64,000 nt of DNA from Prolixibacteraceae bacterium (GCA_963676375.2 CAXXPT010000012.1:3035-67034), one strand, 5' to 3'; numbered from the stretch's first letter, positions 19,072-30,501 are shown. Numbers and translations are program-made. Notes: a model not told the origin generated them from the sequence alone.

Positions 19072-21495
19072 ATGAAAATCAAGAATCTTGAAAGTATCCT
19101 TCCTATAATGGGATTTAACGGTGATGTTCATGTCTCCAATAACCTGGATTTGACCATCGGGTTTCGTCTTCAGTTGGCTGAAGTCCTGTCATGCAGTACA
19201 GAACAACTCTATATGCTGCATGATACTTTCCAGCGGATGATCAACCTTTTACCTGCTGGAAGTTTTATCCATAAGCAGGATTTTTTCCTGATCAACGAAT
19301 TCCATCAAATGGAATCGGAATCAGAAACAACCGGAGCAAAGGAAAGCCTGAATGAATCATACCTGGAGCACTTTGACGGAAGACGATATCTGAAACACAA
19401 CTGCTGTTTTTACATCAGTTTGCTGAATAAAGGGCTTCTGAAAAACTACCTCGAATCCGCTTTGATTTTTTCACGAAAAGAACGCAATCTGGAAAAATTG
19501 CAGTACGACAAGATCAACGAACTGCGTTCAAATGTGATTGCTATTTTTCAGCAAAACGGTATCGGATGTGAACCCATCTCCAAAGAAGAAGCCATTGGTG
19601 ATGACAAGTCGTTGGGGCTTATTGAACGTTTTCTGAGCCTCAATTTTACCGAGAACCATCCGGCTTTAGGAGGGATTGATTTTCGGGATCGGTTAAAAGT
19701 GATGGACCAGTTTGTGGAAGTATTGTCCTTATGTGATTATTCCCATATCCCTGCAGAACTCAGGCCCGCCTCGGAACATCCGCAGACCGGACTGCCCGTA
19801 TCGCTGGTCTATCCGGTAAGTTATCATCTGCCTTTTTCACACATAACCAACCAGTTTATCTACATTCCTGATCAGCAGGAGATCAAAGGCTTTCTGGAAG
19901 GAAGTTATAAGAAGATCTTCAGCCTTTCGAAATTCTCATCAGAGAACAAGGTCAATGCCGGGCTGATTGAATCCTTTCTGTACCAGGTGCAAACTTCAGG
20001 AGAAAAGATCGTGAAAACCCATTTTAATGTGATGCTTTTCGATTCAGCCCTGAAAGATTTGAAGCAACACAAAAGCGAAACCAGTTCCGCATTCTCCATG
20101 ATGAACTGCTTTCCGTATCAGCACACCCATGACCTGCCAATGCTGTTTTTCTCCTGTGTACCTTTCTCCACGCAGCTACCTGAAACCGAACTGTTCATCA
20201 CCCAGGTTCCACAGGCTTGCTGTTTGACCAACTTCGAAGGGGAATTGAAGAACAGCATTTCTGATTTTACCATCCGGCTTTCTGATAGGCTGGAAGGGTG
20301 CCCGGTGAAGATTGACATTTCGGATGAACCCATGCACAAACACCTGATCCATAACCGCAATAAGATCATTATTGGCGGATCAGGCTCTGGAAAATCATTT
20401 TTCACCAACCATTTACTCAGACAGTATGCTGAAAGCGGAAACTGCCACATCGTTTTACTGGATGTTGGCCGAAGCTACGAACTGCTTACAATCTATCTGA
20501 ACGAACGACTTAAAGACCTTGGAGGTGCAATGATGGTTGAGTTCACTACAGAAAACCCGATTTCGTTCAATCCTTTTATTTTGGAAGGAGAACTGGACAT
20601 TGAACGTAAACAAACCATACTGTCAGTGATCTATACCATTTATAAGGAAAACCTTTCCGAGATGGAAAAGGATGTTATTGCCCATTCATTGACAGCCTTT
20701 TTTGAATCAGACTTAAATGAACGGTCTTTCAATGGTTTTTACGAGTTCTGCCAAAACTATATTCCAAATCTTGTTAAAGAACAATCCATCCAATTCAACA
20801 GCAACGAGTTTTTCTTCATCCTGGGCAAATATTACCGGGGAGGCGAATATGACTATTTGCTGAATAAGGAGATGAATACGGATGAGTTTTTCCGTTGCCC
20901 TTTTATTGTCTTTGAATTGGACAACATAAAGGACCACGCAACGATTTTCCCGGTTGCCACCCTGATTATCATCGACATTTTCATGCAGAAGATGAGGCGG
21001 TTAAAGGGTGTTCGTAAGGTTCTGTGCATTGAGGAGGCCTGGAAAGCAATTGCGACTCCACAGATGGCCAGTTACATCAAATATTTCTATAAAACCATCC
21101 GCAAATTCTTTGGGGAAGCGATGGTAGTGACTCAGGAAGTGGACGATGTGATTTCCTCTCCTGTAATCCGCGATGCCATCATCAATAATGCCGATACCCG
21201 GATATTGCTTGACATGAGCAAATTCCGGAACAAGTTCCAAAGCATCAGCGACACCCTTGGACTCTCCGAGTTTCAGAAAGACCAGATACTTTCGATTAAC
21301 AAAAACTTACCATCTGGAAGAAAGCTCAAGGAAGTCTTTATCGGGCTCGGGAGCTACTCACAGGTTTATGCACTGGAGGTCAGCAAACCCGAATATTACT
21401 GCTACACCTCTGAACAAAGCGAAAAGGAATCGATCCTGAAAAAACTCGATCAGGGGCAGGATCAATCCTTTGTTGAAATCCTCAAATCCATGTAA
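19072..21495 (+). CDS. traG: TraG-family conjugative transposon ATPase (VirB4-like)
   Basis: 807 aa with Walker A GGSGSGKS. Size and position are typical of CTnDOT TraG. Confidence 0.9.
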   Translation: MKIKNLESILPIMGFNGDVHVSNNLDLTIGFRLQLAEVLSCSTEQLYMLHDTFQRMINLLPAGSFIHKQDFFLINEFHQMESESETTGAKESLNESYLEHFDGRRYLKHNCCFYISLLNKGLLKNYLESALIFSRKERNLEKLQYDKINELRSNVIAIFQQNGIGCEPISKEEAIGDDKSLGLIERFLSLNFTENHPALGGIDFRDRLKVMDQFVEVLSLCDYSHIPAELRPASEHPQTGLPVSLVYPVSYHLPFSHITNQFIYIPDQQEIKGFLEGSYKKIFSLSKFSSENKVNAGLIESFLYQVQTSGEKIVKTHFNVMLFDSALKDLKQHKSETSSAFSMMNCFPYQHTHDLPMLFFSCVPFSTQLPETELFITQVPQACCLTNFEGELKNSISDFTIRLSDRLEGCPVKIDISDEPMHKHLIHNRNKIIIGGSGSGKSFFTNHLLRQYAESGNCHIVLLDVGRSYELLTIYLNERLKDLGGAMMVEFTTENPISFNPFILEGELDIERKQTILSVIYTIYKENLSEMEKDVIAHSLTAFFESDLNERSFNGFYEFCQNYIPNLVKEQSIQFNSNEFFFILGKYYRGGEYDYLLNKEMNTDEFFRCPFIVFELDNIKDHATIFPVATLIIIDIFMQKMRRLKGVRKVLCIEEAWKAIATPQMASYIKYFYKTIRKFFGEAMVVTQEVDDVISSPVIRDAIINNADTRILLDMSKFRNKFQSISDTLGLSEFQKDQILSINKNLPSGRKLKEVFIGLGSYSQVYALEVSKPEYYCYTSEQSEKESILKKLDQGQDQSFVEILKSM

Positions 21496-21514
21496 AACAT
21501 CAACAATTACAACC

Positions 21515-22177
21515 ATGAGAACAAAAGCAACATTTTTAACCTTTCTGTTTATTGCATTTTTCTTCATTCTCTCAAGTAGGAACACCTTTGCCCAGACAGC
21601 CGCACCGGTATCTGATGTAGGGGCAGGAATCCAACGTGAAGCTTTATGGGAACAGGAAAAAGGGATACTTTCGGAAATCAACTGGTACAATGTTCTGATC
21701 AAAATCCTCAATGGCGACATCAAAGGGTTAACCCAGGAACTGGTTGGTATCGATAAAAAGAAGCTGGAAAGCCTTCAGAAAGTTTCCTACCTGATCAAGG
21801 ATTACAAGCGTATCAAGCAGACCAAGGAGATGCTCGACAAGATCATCTACATCTACACCACCAAACTGCCCTTGTTGGTTCAGGACGAAAACTTTACCAC
21901 CCGACAGGCTGCGGTGATTGTCGAATCTTTTGACCTGGTGCTGGACGACAGCCGCCAGCTGGTCACTTCCATATTGAACACCATTGTGGAAGACGATCTG
22001 TTTATGATGGATGACAAACAGCGATACGATGCCATCAACGGGATTTATATCGACGTGAAAAAGCATTACGGGACCATCTGTTACCTCTACAACAAGCTGG
22101 CCTGGGCTTCCTATCAGAGAAGCTTTAATACCGGGCAGATAGAACAGTTCGCCTTTTACTACACCCTCTATAATTAG
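21515..22177 (+). CDS. secreted conjugative transposon protein (TraH/TraI-position)
   Basis: Signal peptide (FFILSSRNTFAQ) and operon position. I moved the start to ATG 21515. Confidence 0.55.
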   Translation: MRTKATFLTFLFIAFFFILSSRNTFAQTAAPVSDVGAGIQREALWEQEKGILSEINWYNVLIKILNGDIKGLTQELVGIDKKKLESLQKVSYLIKDYKRIKQTKEMLDKIIYIYTTKLPLLVQDENFTTRQAAVIVESFDLVLDDSRQLVTSILNTIVEDDLFMMDDKQRYDAINGIYIDVKKHYGTICYLYNKLAWASYQRSFNTGQIEQFAFYYTLYN

Positions 22178-22183
22178 ACCGTA

Positions 22184-22897
22184 ATGAAGAAACATTTTTT
22201 AATCCTGATAACTGCCTTGGTATTGCTTTTTGCCGGGGAAAATCTTCAGGCACAGATTATTGCCATCAAATCATGGAATGGGACTTACCCTGAAATGAAC
22301 GGCAAATATCCGCTGACGTTTATTGCTTTCAAAGGCAATCTCTTTCCAGTTCCCCATGAGTTTATCCGGCTCTGGCCGACCCATTATTACTACGAAGTGG
22401 TATCAGTGCCAACCTATGACATCGGGGATTACGCCAGCGAACTGAAAGTAAGTTTCTTGAAGATAGCTGTCAAGCTGCTGGAAAAATCCCAGATGAAGAA
22501 AAGACATGAAGAAACTGAGCAAATCAAAAACAACACCGAAATACAACGGGAAATTGAAAAGAAGATCTTCGATTCCAATTCCGATGAGTTGCCCGATGTG
22601 TATAGTATTGCTTCCGGCTTTATCCGGCTATATGTTAGCATTGCTAATATGGACAAGCTGGACAATTGCAAATGGCTCCGGCAGACTTACCAAAAGGAAG
22701 CCGATGAACTGCTTACCCGGTTTATTTCTATCAACCTGTTTATAACCGATCACGGCAAAAAGCTGGAAGCCTTTGACGAGATCAAACAGGAACTGGACAA
22801 GCAAATTGGCGAAACCGACTATACCTACCGAAAGGTCTTGCACCTGCAGGCTTTCAACAACAATGTGCCTCAGTCTTATGCATTCCTGAAGGATTAA
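22184..22897 (+). CDS. secreted conjugative transposon protein (TraI-position)
   Basis: Signal peptide (LLFAGENLQAQ) and operon position. Confidence 0.5.
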   Translation: MKKHFLILITALVLLFAGENLQAQIIAIKSWNGTYPEMNGKYPLTFIAFKGNLFPVPHEFIRLWPTHYYYEVVSVPTYDIGDYASELKVSFLKIAVKLLEKSQMKKRHEETEQIKNNTEIQREIEKKIFDSNSDELPDVYSIASGFIRLYVSIANMDKLDNCKWLRQTYQKEADELLTRFISINLFITDHGKKLEAFDEIKQELDKQIGETDYTYRKVLHLQAFNNNVPQSYAFLKD

Positions 22898-22936
22898 CAA
22901 TTAACCATTGATCATTAACCATTTAAAACTTGATTC

Positions 22937-23887
22937 ATGCTTTTACAAGTAATGAGTACCCAAAGCTTTTTTCAATTTACCGATGTCTTGGTCCGCGGAG
23001 GCCTGGACAATGCCCAGCTCCTGGTCAATATGGCTCGCGCCATTGGTGGTATTGCCGCCTTTCTATACATCTCCAAACGCATCTATGAACAGCTGATTGC
23101 TGATAATCCCATCTCCCTGCTGCCTTTACTCCGGCCTTTTGCACTGGTGCTGGTCATCACCTTTTGGGCTCCTTTTGTTCAACTGCTGATGGTTCCCACC
23201 AAAGGACTGACCAAACTCTCTGAAGCTATTTATGCCGACAAAAAGCACATTGTAGCCGCCAAACTCGAAGAAAAGCAGGATGCGATTCTGGCTGTTGATT
23301 TGCCTTCTTTTCAGGAAAACGAAGAAAAAGAAGCCTCACTGTGGGACAAAGGGGTTAACCTGCTTTTGACCACCTACAACATAGTCTCCGGAAGGGCTTT
23401 GCAGCACCAGATCAATTTTTATTTGATGGACAGCGTCCGGCAGCTTTTGGAATCTTTTTTTGAAGCACTGGTTTACCTGATCGCCTTTCTGCGAACGGTC
23501 TTTTGTGTGCTGCTGATCATCTTTGGCCCACTGGTATTTGCCGTTTCTATCTTCGACGGTTTTCAGGAGAACTACCTGCAATGGATTGCCAGGTTCGTGA
23601 ATGTGAACCTGTATCTGCCCATTGCCATGATTGTCCTTTCATTGGTTCAGGAAGTGCTGATTTATGTGCTCGATGCTGAGATTGCTGCCACCAAATCCTC
23701 GATGATCTACCAACCCTCACTGTACTACGTTTCCAATATGGTTGTTCCGGTTTGCGGCATTGTTGGCCTGATGATGGTGCCCAAAATCGCATCGTGGATT
23801 GTCAGCGCATCAGGAACCGGAAGCGGCGGGGGACGGATGGTGAAAACCGCAGCCATGATGATGATCACCAAAGGGGCAATGAAATAA
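22937..23887 (+). CDS. traJ: conjugative transposon protein TraJ (VirB6-like polytopic membrane protein)
   Basis: 316 aa with multiple TM helices. It occupies the conserved position before TraK. Confidence 0.8.
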   Translation: MLLQVMSTQSFFQFTDVLVRGGLDNAQLLVNMARAIGGIAAFLYISKRIYEQLIADNPISLLPLLRPFALVLVITFWAPFVQLLMVPTKGLTKLSEAIYADKKHIVAAKLEEKQDAILAVDLPSFQENEEKEASLWDKGVNLLLTTYNIVSGRALQHQINFYLMDSVRQLLESFFEALVYLIAFLRTVFCVLLIIFGPLVFAVSIFDGFQENYLQWIARFVNVNLYLPIAMIVLSLVQEVLIYVLDAEIAATKSSMIYQPSLYYVSNMVVPVCGIVGLMMVPKIASWIVSASGTGSGGGRMVKTAAMMMITKGAMK

Positions 23888-23924
23888 CCAGAATTTATAT
23901 AATCTCAAATAATCCAAAATCAAG

Positions 23925-24551
23925 ATGAACAAGATTTTTGATATACAGCGCAAGTTCCGCTTTACTGTTTATGTCCTTTTGGCCATCAGCCTGCTGATGA
24001 CCGGCTTCAGCACTTTTGTTTTCACCCGTTCCATCGGACTGGTTGAACGCTCGCGCCAGAAAATCTATGTTCTGGACAACGGTAAATCCCTTTTACTGGC
24101 CCTTCGTGCCGACATTACGGACAACCGGCCTTCAGAAGCCAAAGACCATGTGAAACGCTTTCACGATCTGTTTTTTACGATGGAACCCGATAAACAGTAC
24201 ATCGAGAACAATGCACGAGAAGCACTGTATCTGGCAGACGGTTCGGCCATGAAACAGTATCAGTCCTACAAGGAAAACAACGTCTATAACCAGATCATCG
24301 CTTCCGACATCAGCATGACCCTGACAACCGATTCGGTGCAAATCGACTTTTCAGCTTATCCCTACCAATTTCGATTTTTCGGCAGACAGAAGATTGTTCG
24401 TAAATCCAACATTACTATCCGAAACCTGGAAACTTCCGGACGGCTCCGGAATATCTCCCGGACAGACAATAACCCGCACGGGTTTATGATCGAAGATTGG
24501 CTGATAACCGACAATAAAGATTTGGAAACCATGAAACGCAAGTCCTTTTAA
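23925..24551 (+). CDS. traK: conjugative transposon protein TraK
   Basis: 208 aa. The segments KIYVLDNGKSLLLAL, RFHDLFFT and SRTDNNPHGFMIE match my memory of CTnDOT TraK. Confidence 0.85.
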   Translation: MNKIFDIQRKFRFTVYVLLAISLLMTGFSTFVFTRSIGLVERSRQKIYVLDNGKSLLLALRADITDNRPSEAKDHVKRFHDLFFTMEPDKQYIENNAREALYLADGSAMKQYQSYKENNVYNQIIASDISMTLTTDSVQIDFSAYPYQFRFFGRQKIVRKSNITIRNLETSGRLRNISRTDNNPHGFMIEDWLITDNKDLETMKRKSF

Positions 24552-24568
24552 TCCTAATAACGACGATT

Positions 24569-24922
24569 ATGAATACTGAAAATAAACAATCTAAAAACCT
24601 TATGACCCGAATCAGCGAGGCCATACGCTTCCATGAATGGATCAACCGGTTGGACCGGAAGGATCAAAAACTTGACCCAGCCAAACGGAAGAAAAAGTGG
24701 ACCATCATCCTGGGTGCATCGTTCCTGATTTATGTGATTTCGTTCTTTGTTTTTCCCAAACCGGCAATCACCTACGAACCCATTCAACCGGTCAGTGAAG
24801 GAAATCCGGATATAGCGAAAACATTGAAACAAAAAAAAAACCTCTCATTCGAAATGCCCGTTGACTCGTTTGAAACCATCTTAAAACAAGAAATACATGA
24901 AAGCATACCTGAAAAGAAATAA
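24569..24922 (+). CDS. TraL-position small membrane protein
   Basis: 117 aa with one TM helix, lying between traK and traM. Confidence 0.5.
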   Translation: MNTENKQSKNLMTRISEAIRFHEWINRLDRKDQKLDPAKRKKKWTIILGASFLIYVISFFVFPKPAITYEPIQPVSEGNPDIAKTLKQKKNLSFEMPVDSFETILKQEIHESIPEKK

Positions 24923-26084
24923 GCCTTTGCTTTTCCTTCCTTTGGTTTTGATCCCTTTTATTGTTCTGATATTCTATGTATTGGGAGGGGGAGAAAAGAA
25001 GGAAAAGGAAGAACAAAAGCAAAAAGAGCAGCAAGTGGCAAAGGGTGCCAATTACACCCTTCCTGATGCTGATAAAAGCGTCGCTATCTACGATAAAATG
25101 GACAACTATTCTTCGAAAAAGGAAGTTGCTACCAGTCACGATTACAACATTGCTGGAGAGACCGATTCCACCAATGAGGAAAGCTTGGAAGAGGAAACTC
25201 TGACCGAAGAACAGCTACTTTCCGAAAAGAAGAATCTGTATAAGAACGACCCGGTTCCTGAATTGAATGCCGATGTTTCTACCGATTTGTTGGCACATAT
25301 CCGGCAAAAGGAAAAGAAGGTTAGGGAAGATTTGGAAAACAGCCAGGTTGAAACGAAATCACAAAATGAGGATGCCGACTCAAGTCAGAAAGAGAAAGAT
25401 AACAAAGAGTCAGAAGATAAAAAAGGATCAGTTTCAATTGCTCCGACCGGTATTGAAGAACTGGATAAAGTTTTCCGGCAAAACAGCAGACTGGCAAAAC
25501 AGAACGATTCATTGAATATCCGGCTAAAGGAAACCTCAGTTAAAAATGAGAAGCTGGAAGCCGAAAAGAACAAACGGTCTACCCTGGAGAAAGGGGGTAA
25601 GTCAGGGTTTAAGCCCAAAGATACGGCAGTCCCGGTTATTGAAGCTGAAGTATATGAAACCACCACGGTGCTGACCGGCAACAGGGTGAAGCTGCGGCTT
25701 CTGGAAGAAGCCTGGTTGAACGGGGTAGAAATCCCTGTCAACACCTTTTTGTATGGCATCTGTGAAGTCAGCAACGAACGCCTTCAGATCGAAGTGCTCC
25801 AAATTCCGGTTGGTGAAAAGTTTGTCCCGGTGGAAGTCACTGTTTGCGATCTGGACGGATTGCCGGGATTGTATGTTCCCGATAACGCCTCACGAAAGGT
25901 TGCCAAAGAGGTTGGAAGTAGCGCTAACACTTCCTCTATGTTCGGTGTGAGCAATAATCCGCTGACTTATATGGGAATGCAGGCAGCTGACCGGACAGCC
26001 CAATCCCTGCTAAAAATGATCCGAATCAAAAAAGTCACCATCAAAAAAAATACCCTCGTTTATTTAATCAACAAAAGCAAATAA
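24897..26084 (+). CDS. traM: conjugative transposon protein TraM
   Basis: 395 aa with an N-terminal TM helix, an E/K-rich linker and a conserved C-terminal beta domain (TGNRVKLRLLEE...), in the position before TraN. Confidence 0.8.
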   Translation: MKAYLKRNKPLLFLPLVLIPFIVLIFYVLGGGEKKEKEEQKQKEQQVAKGANYTLPDADKSVAIYDKMDNYSSKKEVATSHDYNIAGETDSTNEESLEEETLTEEQLLSEKKNLYKNDPVPELNADVSTDLLAHIRQKEKKVREDLENSQVETKSQNEDADSSQKEKDNKESEDKKGSVSIAPTGIEELDKVFRQNSRLAKQNDSLNIRLKETSVKNEKLEAEKNKRSTLEKGGKSGFKPKDTAVPVIEAEVYETTTVLTGNRVKLRLLEEAWLNGVEIPVNTFLYGICEVSNERLQIEVLQIPVGEKFVPVEVTVCDLDGLPGLYVPDNASRKVAKEVGSSANTSSMFGVSNNPLTYMGMQAADRTAQSLLKMIRIKKVTIKKNTLVYLINKSK

Positions 26085-26086
26085 CC

Positions 26087-26890
26087 ATGAAAACCTTTTT
26101 AATCATTTTGATTTGTGCATTGATCCAGATTTCGGTTGACGCACAAAATATCCTAAAAATATCCGATAGTAAAACCAGCCATCTGGTTTGCCCCGACAAA
26201 GTCAACTATGTGCAGGCCGGTGATTATTCGATAATCCAGGCCGAAGTTGTTCCCGAACTTTCAAACCTGATCAGGGTGAAAGCCACCCAGCCTTTTGACA
26301 AACCGACCTCCTTGACCGTCGTTTGTGCAGATCACATTTATTCTTTCGAATTGCAGTATGGCAACGATGCTCCGATCACTTACCCGATTGAAACTTTTGG
26401 TTCACAAAAAGCCATGACCTTTTCGGGGCAGCTGATGCCTGATTATCTTCTGAAAGACCTTTGCGATCAGGTTTTGGATCAACACAGGCATAAGTTTCGG
26501 AAGCGCAAGACCGAAAAAGACGGAATCAAAATCCGGCTCAATTCCATTCATCTGAAAAACGATGCACTCTTTTTTGAGCTTCAGATCACCAATAAGACCA
26601 ATATGGCTTATGATGTGGAAAGTTTTAATTTCTGGATCACCGATAAGAAAAAGGCCAAGGCAACCAATGTGCAGGAATATCAGGTTTTTCCGCAGTATCA
26701 GCGGAACAAGGTACTACGTATTCCGGGAGAAGTCACGGTTCGGGAAGTATTTGTGATTGAAAAGATGACCATTCCCGATCAGCGTATCCTAAAGATCGAA
26801 CTCAATGAAAAGGCACTGGGCAACACAGGGCGAAAACTCAGATTTAACCTGAAAAATAAGGATATTCTCAAAGCCAGGTCCCTGAAGTAA
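26087..26890 (+). CDS. traN: conjugative transposon protein TraN
   Basis: 267 aa with a signal peptide, directly after traM. Confidence 0.8.
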   Translation: MKTFLIILICALIQISVDAQNILKISDSKTSHLVCPDKVNYVQAGDYSIIQAEVVPELSNLIRVKATQPFDKPTSLTVVCADHIYSFELQYGNDAPITYPIETFGSQKAMTFSGQLMPDYLLKDLCDQVLDQHRHKFRKRKTEKDGIKIRLNSIHLKNDALFFELQITNKTNMAYDVESFNFWITDKKKAKATNVQEYQVFPQYQRNKVLRIPGEVTVREVFVIEKMTIPDQRILKIELNEKALGNTGRKLRFNLKNKDILKARSLK

Positions 26891-26989
26891 TCACAGGGAA
26901 TCCAACTAGTCTCAAAGTAAAAAGAAAATAGAAACAGCTTTTCTGAACCCTTCTATCCGGAGGATTCAGAAAAGTTAAAAGCAAAAACT

Positions 26990-27999
26990 ATGTCAATGAC
27001 TGAAGGAAGAGAACTGGAAAAACTGCACGAAGGGTTTCGGTTCTTCAGCTATTTGTTACTGTTTTTATCCATGTACCTGAACCAGTTGGGTTACTTTACA
27101 GTGCATGGGATAAACATCCCGGCATTTAATCCATTGGTAGCCAAAATGCAAAACCTGACATTTCTGGTAAACGTTTATAAATCCAAGACCGTTTGTTTGG
27201 TTTTTCTGGCTATTACCTGTGTGGGGACCAAAGCCCACAAAGACCGAGAACTGGCTGTTTCTACCATAGTCGGGCAGGTGATTGCCGGTCTTATTTTGTA
27301 TTGGGGAAGCCTGATCCTTTTCAAATCTTATCCGGTATCTTATCTGACCTTGACTTTCTTTGGCTTTGTTTTACTGAATATCGGCTTTGACAACATCTCC
27401 AAACTGATCAACGTCAATTTGATGAAAGACCGCTTTAACGTGGAGAACGAAAGCTTTCCGCAGGAAGAAGTTTTAAGGAAGAACGAGTACTCTGTCAACC
27501 TGCCGACAGTTTACCAGCATAAAGGCAGCGAGCACAATGGCTGGATCAACATTGTCAATCCGTTTCGGGCCACAATGGTGATTGGCACTCCCGGCTCCGG
27601 AAAATCTTTTTCGGTAGTATTGCCCTTTATTCGGCAACACCTGAATAAAGGGTTCTCGATGTGTGTCTATGACTTTAAGTATCCGGATTTATCGCTGGTT
27701 ACTTACAACCATTTCCTGAAAGCGAAGAAAAATGGGAAGTTGCCAGAATCCACCCGGTTCTACGTGATCAACTTTGAGAATATTCAAAAATCCTACAGGT
27801 GCAACCCACTGGCACCGGAGTGGATGGAAAGCCCTATCGATGCCTTTGAATCATCCCGGACGGTACTGTACAACCTGAACAGGGAATGGATACGCCAGCA
27901 GGGTGAGTTTTTCTCCGAATCCGCCGTTTCCTTTTTTGCGGCTGTAATCTGGTTTTTGAAAAAGTACAAGGATGGTCGGTTTTGCACTTTGCCCCATGC
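26990..27999 (+). pseudogene. type IV coupling protein (TraG/VirD4 family), 3'-truncated by IS21-family insertion
   Basis: N-terminal TM helices plus Walker A GTPGSGKS. The reading frame runs into the IS inverted repeat at 28000, and the C-terminal half is absent downstream of the IS. Confidence 0.8.
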
Positions 28000-28007
28000 T
28001 GTAAATT

Positions 28008-28073
28008 CCGGTCAAAGTGACCACCCTGTGCCGATTCAAATTGACCATGCGTTGCCGATTTAAATTGACCACC
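28008..28073. repeat. IS21 subterminal repeats, left end (3 copies of AA(A/T)TGACCA(C/T))
   Basis: Three copies are visible: caaagtgaccacc, caaattgaccatg and taaattgaccacc. Confidence 0.7.
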
Positions 28074-28136
28074 TAAAAATGCCATCTAAAAGCTACCTTT
28101 TTTTCATGCCGTAATTCATATTCAAAATTGTAAAAA

Positions 28137-28874
28137 TTATTCCTTGTTGATACTTTTTTTCTTTCTCATTGATTCTCCATGTAATTCGATGCGGTGAGCC
28201 TGATGAATCAGCCTGTCTAATACCGCATCAGCAATGGTTTTTTCTCCAATAATATCATACCATCCCTGAACCGGTATTTGTGAAGTAACGATTATAGAAC
28301 CCTTATTGTGTCTGTCTTCAATGATTTCCAACAGCGTTATCCTGTTCTGACTGTCGAGTGCCTGGAGTCCAAAATCATCGAGTATAATAACATCTTGCCT
28401 TTCGATTTTCGCTAGTTCCTTCAAGTATGAGCCATCGGCTTTTGCCATTTTTAACTTGGAAAACAGCTTCGATGTATTGAAGTAATTTACCCGGTATCCC
28501 TGGATACATGCCTGATAACCCAGTGCCGTTGCCAAATAACTTTTACCCACACCAGTACTTCCTGTGATTAAAACGTTCTCGTTCTTCTCTACGAACTCAC
28601 ACTCTCCAAGTCGTAAAATGAGGTTGCGTTCCAAGTTCCGTGATTGATCAAAAGTGATGCTTTCGATGTTTGATTTGTAATGGAACTTGGCATTTCTAAT
28701 TAGTCTCTCTATTTTTCGGTTGTGGCGCTCGTCCCATTCGGCATCAATAATCATGGACACAAACTGATCGATGGTGTAATGGTCTGTTTTCCCGGTTTCG
28801 ACTGCAGTTTTAAATGCACCATGCATTCCGGAAAGCTTCATTTGTCTCATTTTCGTTAACGTTGATTCATTCAT
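28137..28874 (-). CDS. istB: IS21-family helper ATPase IstB
   Basis: Walker A GSTGVGKS and Walker B IILDDFG, with the typical N-terminus MRQMKLSGM. Confidence 0.9.
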   Translation of the reverse strand: MNESTLTKMRQMKLSGMHGAFKTAVETGKTDHYTIDQFVSMIIDAEWDERHNRKIERLIRNAKFHYKSNIESITFDQSRNLERNLILRLGECEFVEKNENVLITGSTGVGKSYLATALGYQACIQGYRVNYFNTSKLFSKLKMAKADGSYLKELAKIERQDVIILDDFGLQALDSQNRITLLEIIEDRHNKGSIIVTSQIPVQGWYDIIGEKTIADAVLDRLIHQAHRIELHGESMRKKKSINKE

Positions 28875-28892
28875 AATAATTTGATTTTAAGT

Positions 28893-30440
28893 TTATTTGT
28901 AATAGTTTTTCCCTCGTATGTTGTTGTGTTCGGGCAATTCCGGATCTTCTGTTGTCTCATCCTTAATCATATCCAGGTTGTTTTCAAGGATGTTTTGTAT
29001 GGCTTTAAAACTATAGGTTCCAAAGTCAAGAGCACGTTTGCAGGCATTGATAAGTCTTTGTTTGCCAACCTTCTTTTCAAACGAAAGTATTCCCATACAA
29101 CTTTTAAACGCCTGCTCAGGATGGTTTCGGCTTTCAATGATTTTAAAGATATATTCCCCGGCAACCGGGTCGATACTGTTTGCCCAATTGATAAACCGGG
29201 GAGCAGTCCAATCGGTTACAAATTGATGGGTGCTCGCTAAATGTTCGGGTGTGGTTGTGTAGCTGTAAAGTGCGTAGTCCCGGGGATGGGTAGCCAACCG
29301 ATTGTATTTAAAGTAAATCTCGACCGTTGTTCTGGTGTACATCACCTTCACCTTTTTGCGGATGTATTGATACGGCACGCTATAAAAATGTTTGTCACAA
29401 CTAAGCTGCACATGACCATTTTGCATGACCGTTGCCTGCGCCTGATACTTGATCTCAAAGCGTTGGATGGGCAGTGGCGACAGTTTGTCCTTCTCGATGT
29501 CATTGTATAGCTCAAAACGTGTGTATGGACGGCCGGTGAGCTTTCTGTTGTTGTGTGCATCCAACAGGTCGCCAACGCGATCGTTCAGTTCCGCGATGGA
29601 GAAAAACGTTTCGTCCTTCAGTGCAGCATAAATCCTGCGGTATAATATTTTAACAGCACCTTCAACTAATGATTTGTCCCGTGGTTTATAAGCTCTGGCG
29701 GGTAGAATAGTGGTTTCGTAATGTTCTGCCAGATCTACCAGTGTTTCGTTGATGGTGGGCTCAAAACGGCTGCTTTTTATCACCGCTGACTTTAGATTGT
29801 CCGGAACTATGGCTGCCGGAACGCCTTCAAAAAAACGCATGGCATTTTCTACCGATACAACAAAATCTTCCTTCTTTTGGCTGGGCGTGGCTTCTGCATA
29901 GGTATATTGGCTTGCTCCTAAAACAGCAACAAAAAATTCTACTTCACTTACCTCTCCTGTATCTTTTTCAACCACAGATAGCTTCTTGCCTGCATAATCA
30001 ACAAACATCTTGTCGCCTGCCTTGTGGTTCATGTGCATCACCGGGTTTACCTTCTGGCTCCACAGTTTGTAATACTCCCGGAACTGAGAGCTTTGATAAC
30101 CCCCGGGATATTTTTTAATGTACTCTTCCCACATACACTGGCCCGTGACGCCAACCCGTTTGAGCTCCCGTTCCATATGAGGGAAAAACTCATATAGCTT
30201 TTGTAATCGAGGGCTAATGGACTCTTCCGGAGGGTGTGAAAACAACGTTTCCAACTCAAGGTCAGTCCTTTGATTGATCTCTTCAATGGTCAACCCCTGA
30301 ACTTCAAAAAGGGAAATATACTTCTTTACTGTATTTCTTGATAAGGATAAATATTGGCTTATAAACAGCTTACTTTTCCCGCTGCAATGCAACTTAATCG
30401 CTTTTCTAATTTTACTCATGTCCGTTAATTTATTTGCCAT
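28893..30440 (-). CDS. istA: IS21-family transposase IstA
   Basis: 515 aa with an N-terminal HTH and a DDE integrase core. It lies immediately upstream of istB. Confidence 0.9.
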   Translation of the reverse strand: MANKLTDMSKIRKAIKLHCSGKSKLFISQYLSLSRNTVKKYISLFEVQGLTIEEINQRTDLELETLFSHPPEESISPRLQKLYEFFPHMERELKRVGVTGQCMWEEYIKKYPGGYQSSQFREYYKLWSQKVNPVMHMNHKAGDKMFVDYAGKKLSVVEKDTGEVSEVEFFVAVLGASQYTYAEATPSQKKEDFVVSVENAMRFFEGVPAAIVPDNLKSAVIKSSRFEPTINETLVDLAEHYETTILPARAYKPRDKSLVEGAVKILYRRIYAALKDETFFSIAELNDRVGDLLDAHNNRKLTGRPYTRFELYNDIEKDKLSPLPIQRFEIKYQAQATVMQNGHVQLSCDKHFYSVPYQYIRKKVKVMYTRTTVEIYFKYNRLATHPRDYALYSYTTTPEHLASTHQFVTDWTAPRFINWANSIDPVAGEYIFKIIESRNHPEQAFKSCMGILSFEKKVGKQRLINACKRALDFGTYSFKAIQNILENNLDMIKDETTEDPELPEHNNIRGKNYYK

Positions 30441-30501
30441 AATCCGTTCCTTTTTTGAACGAAAGTATGGGTAACGACATGAAAAAAAGTAACTGATTTT
30501 A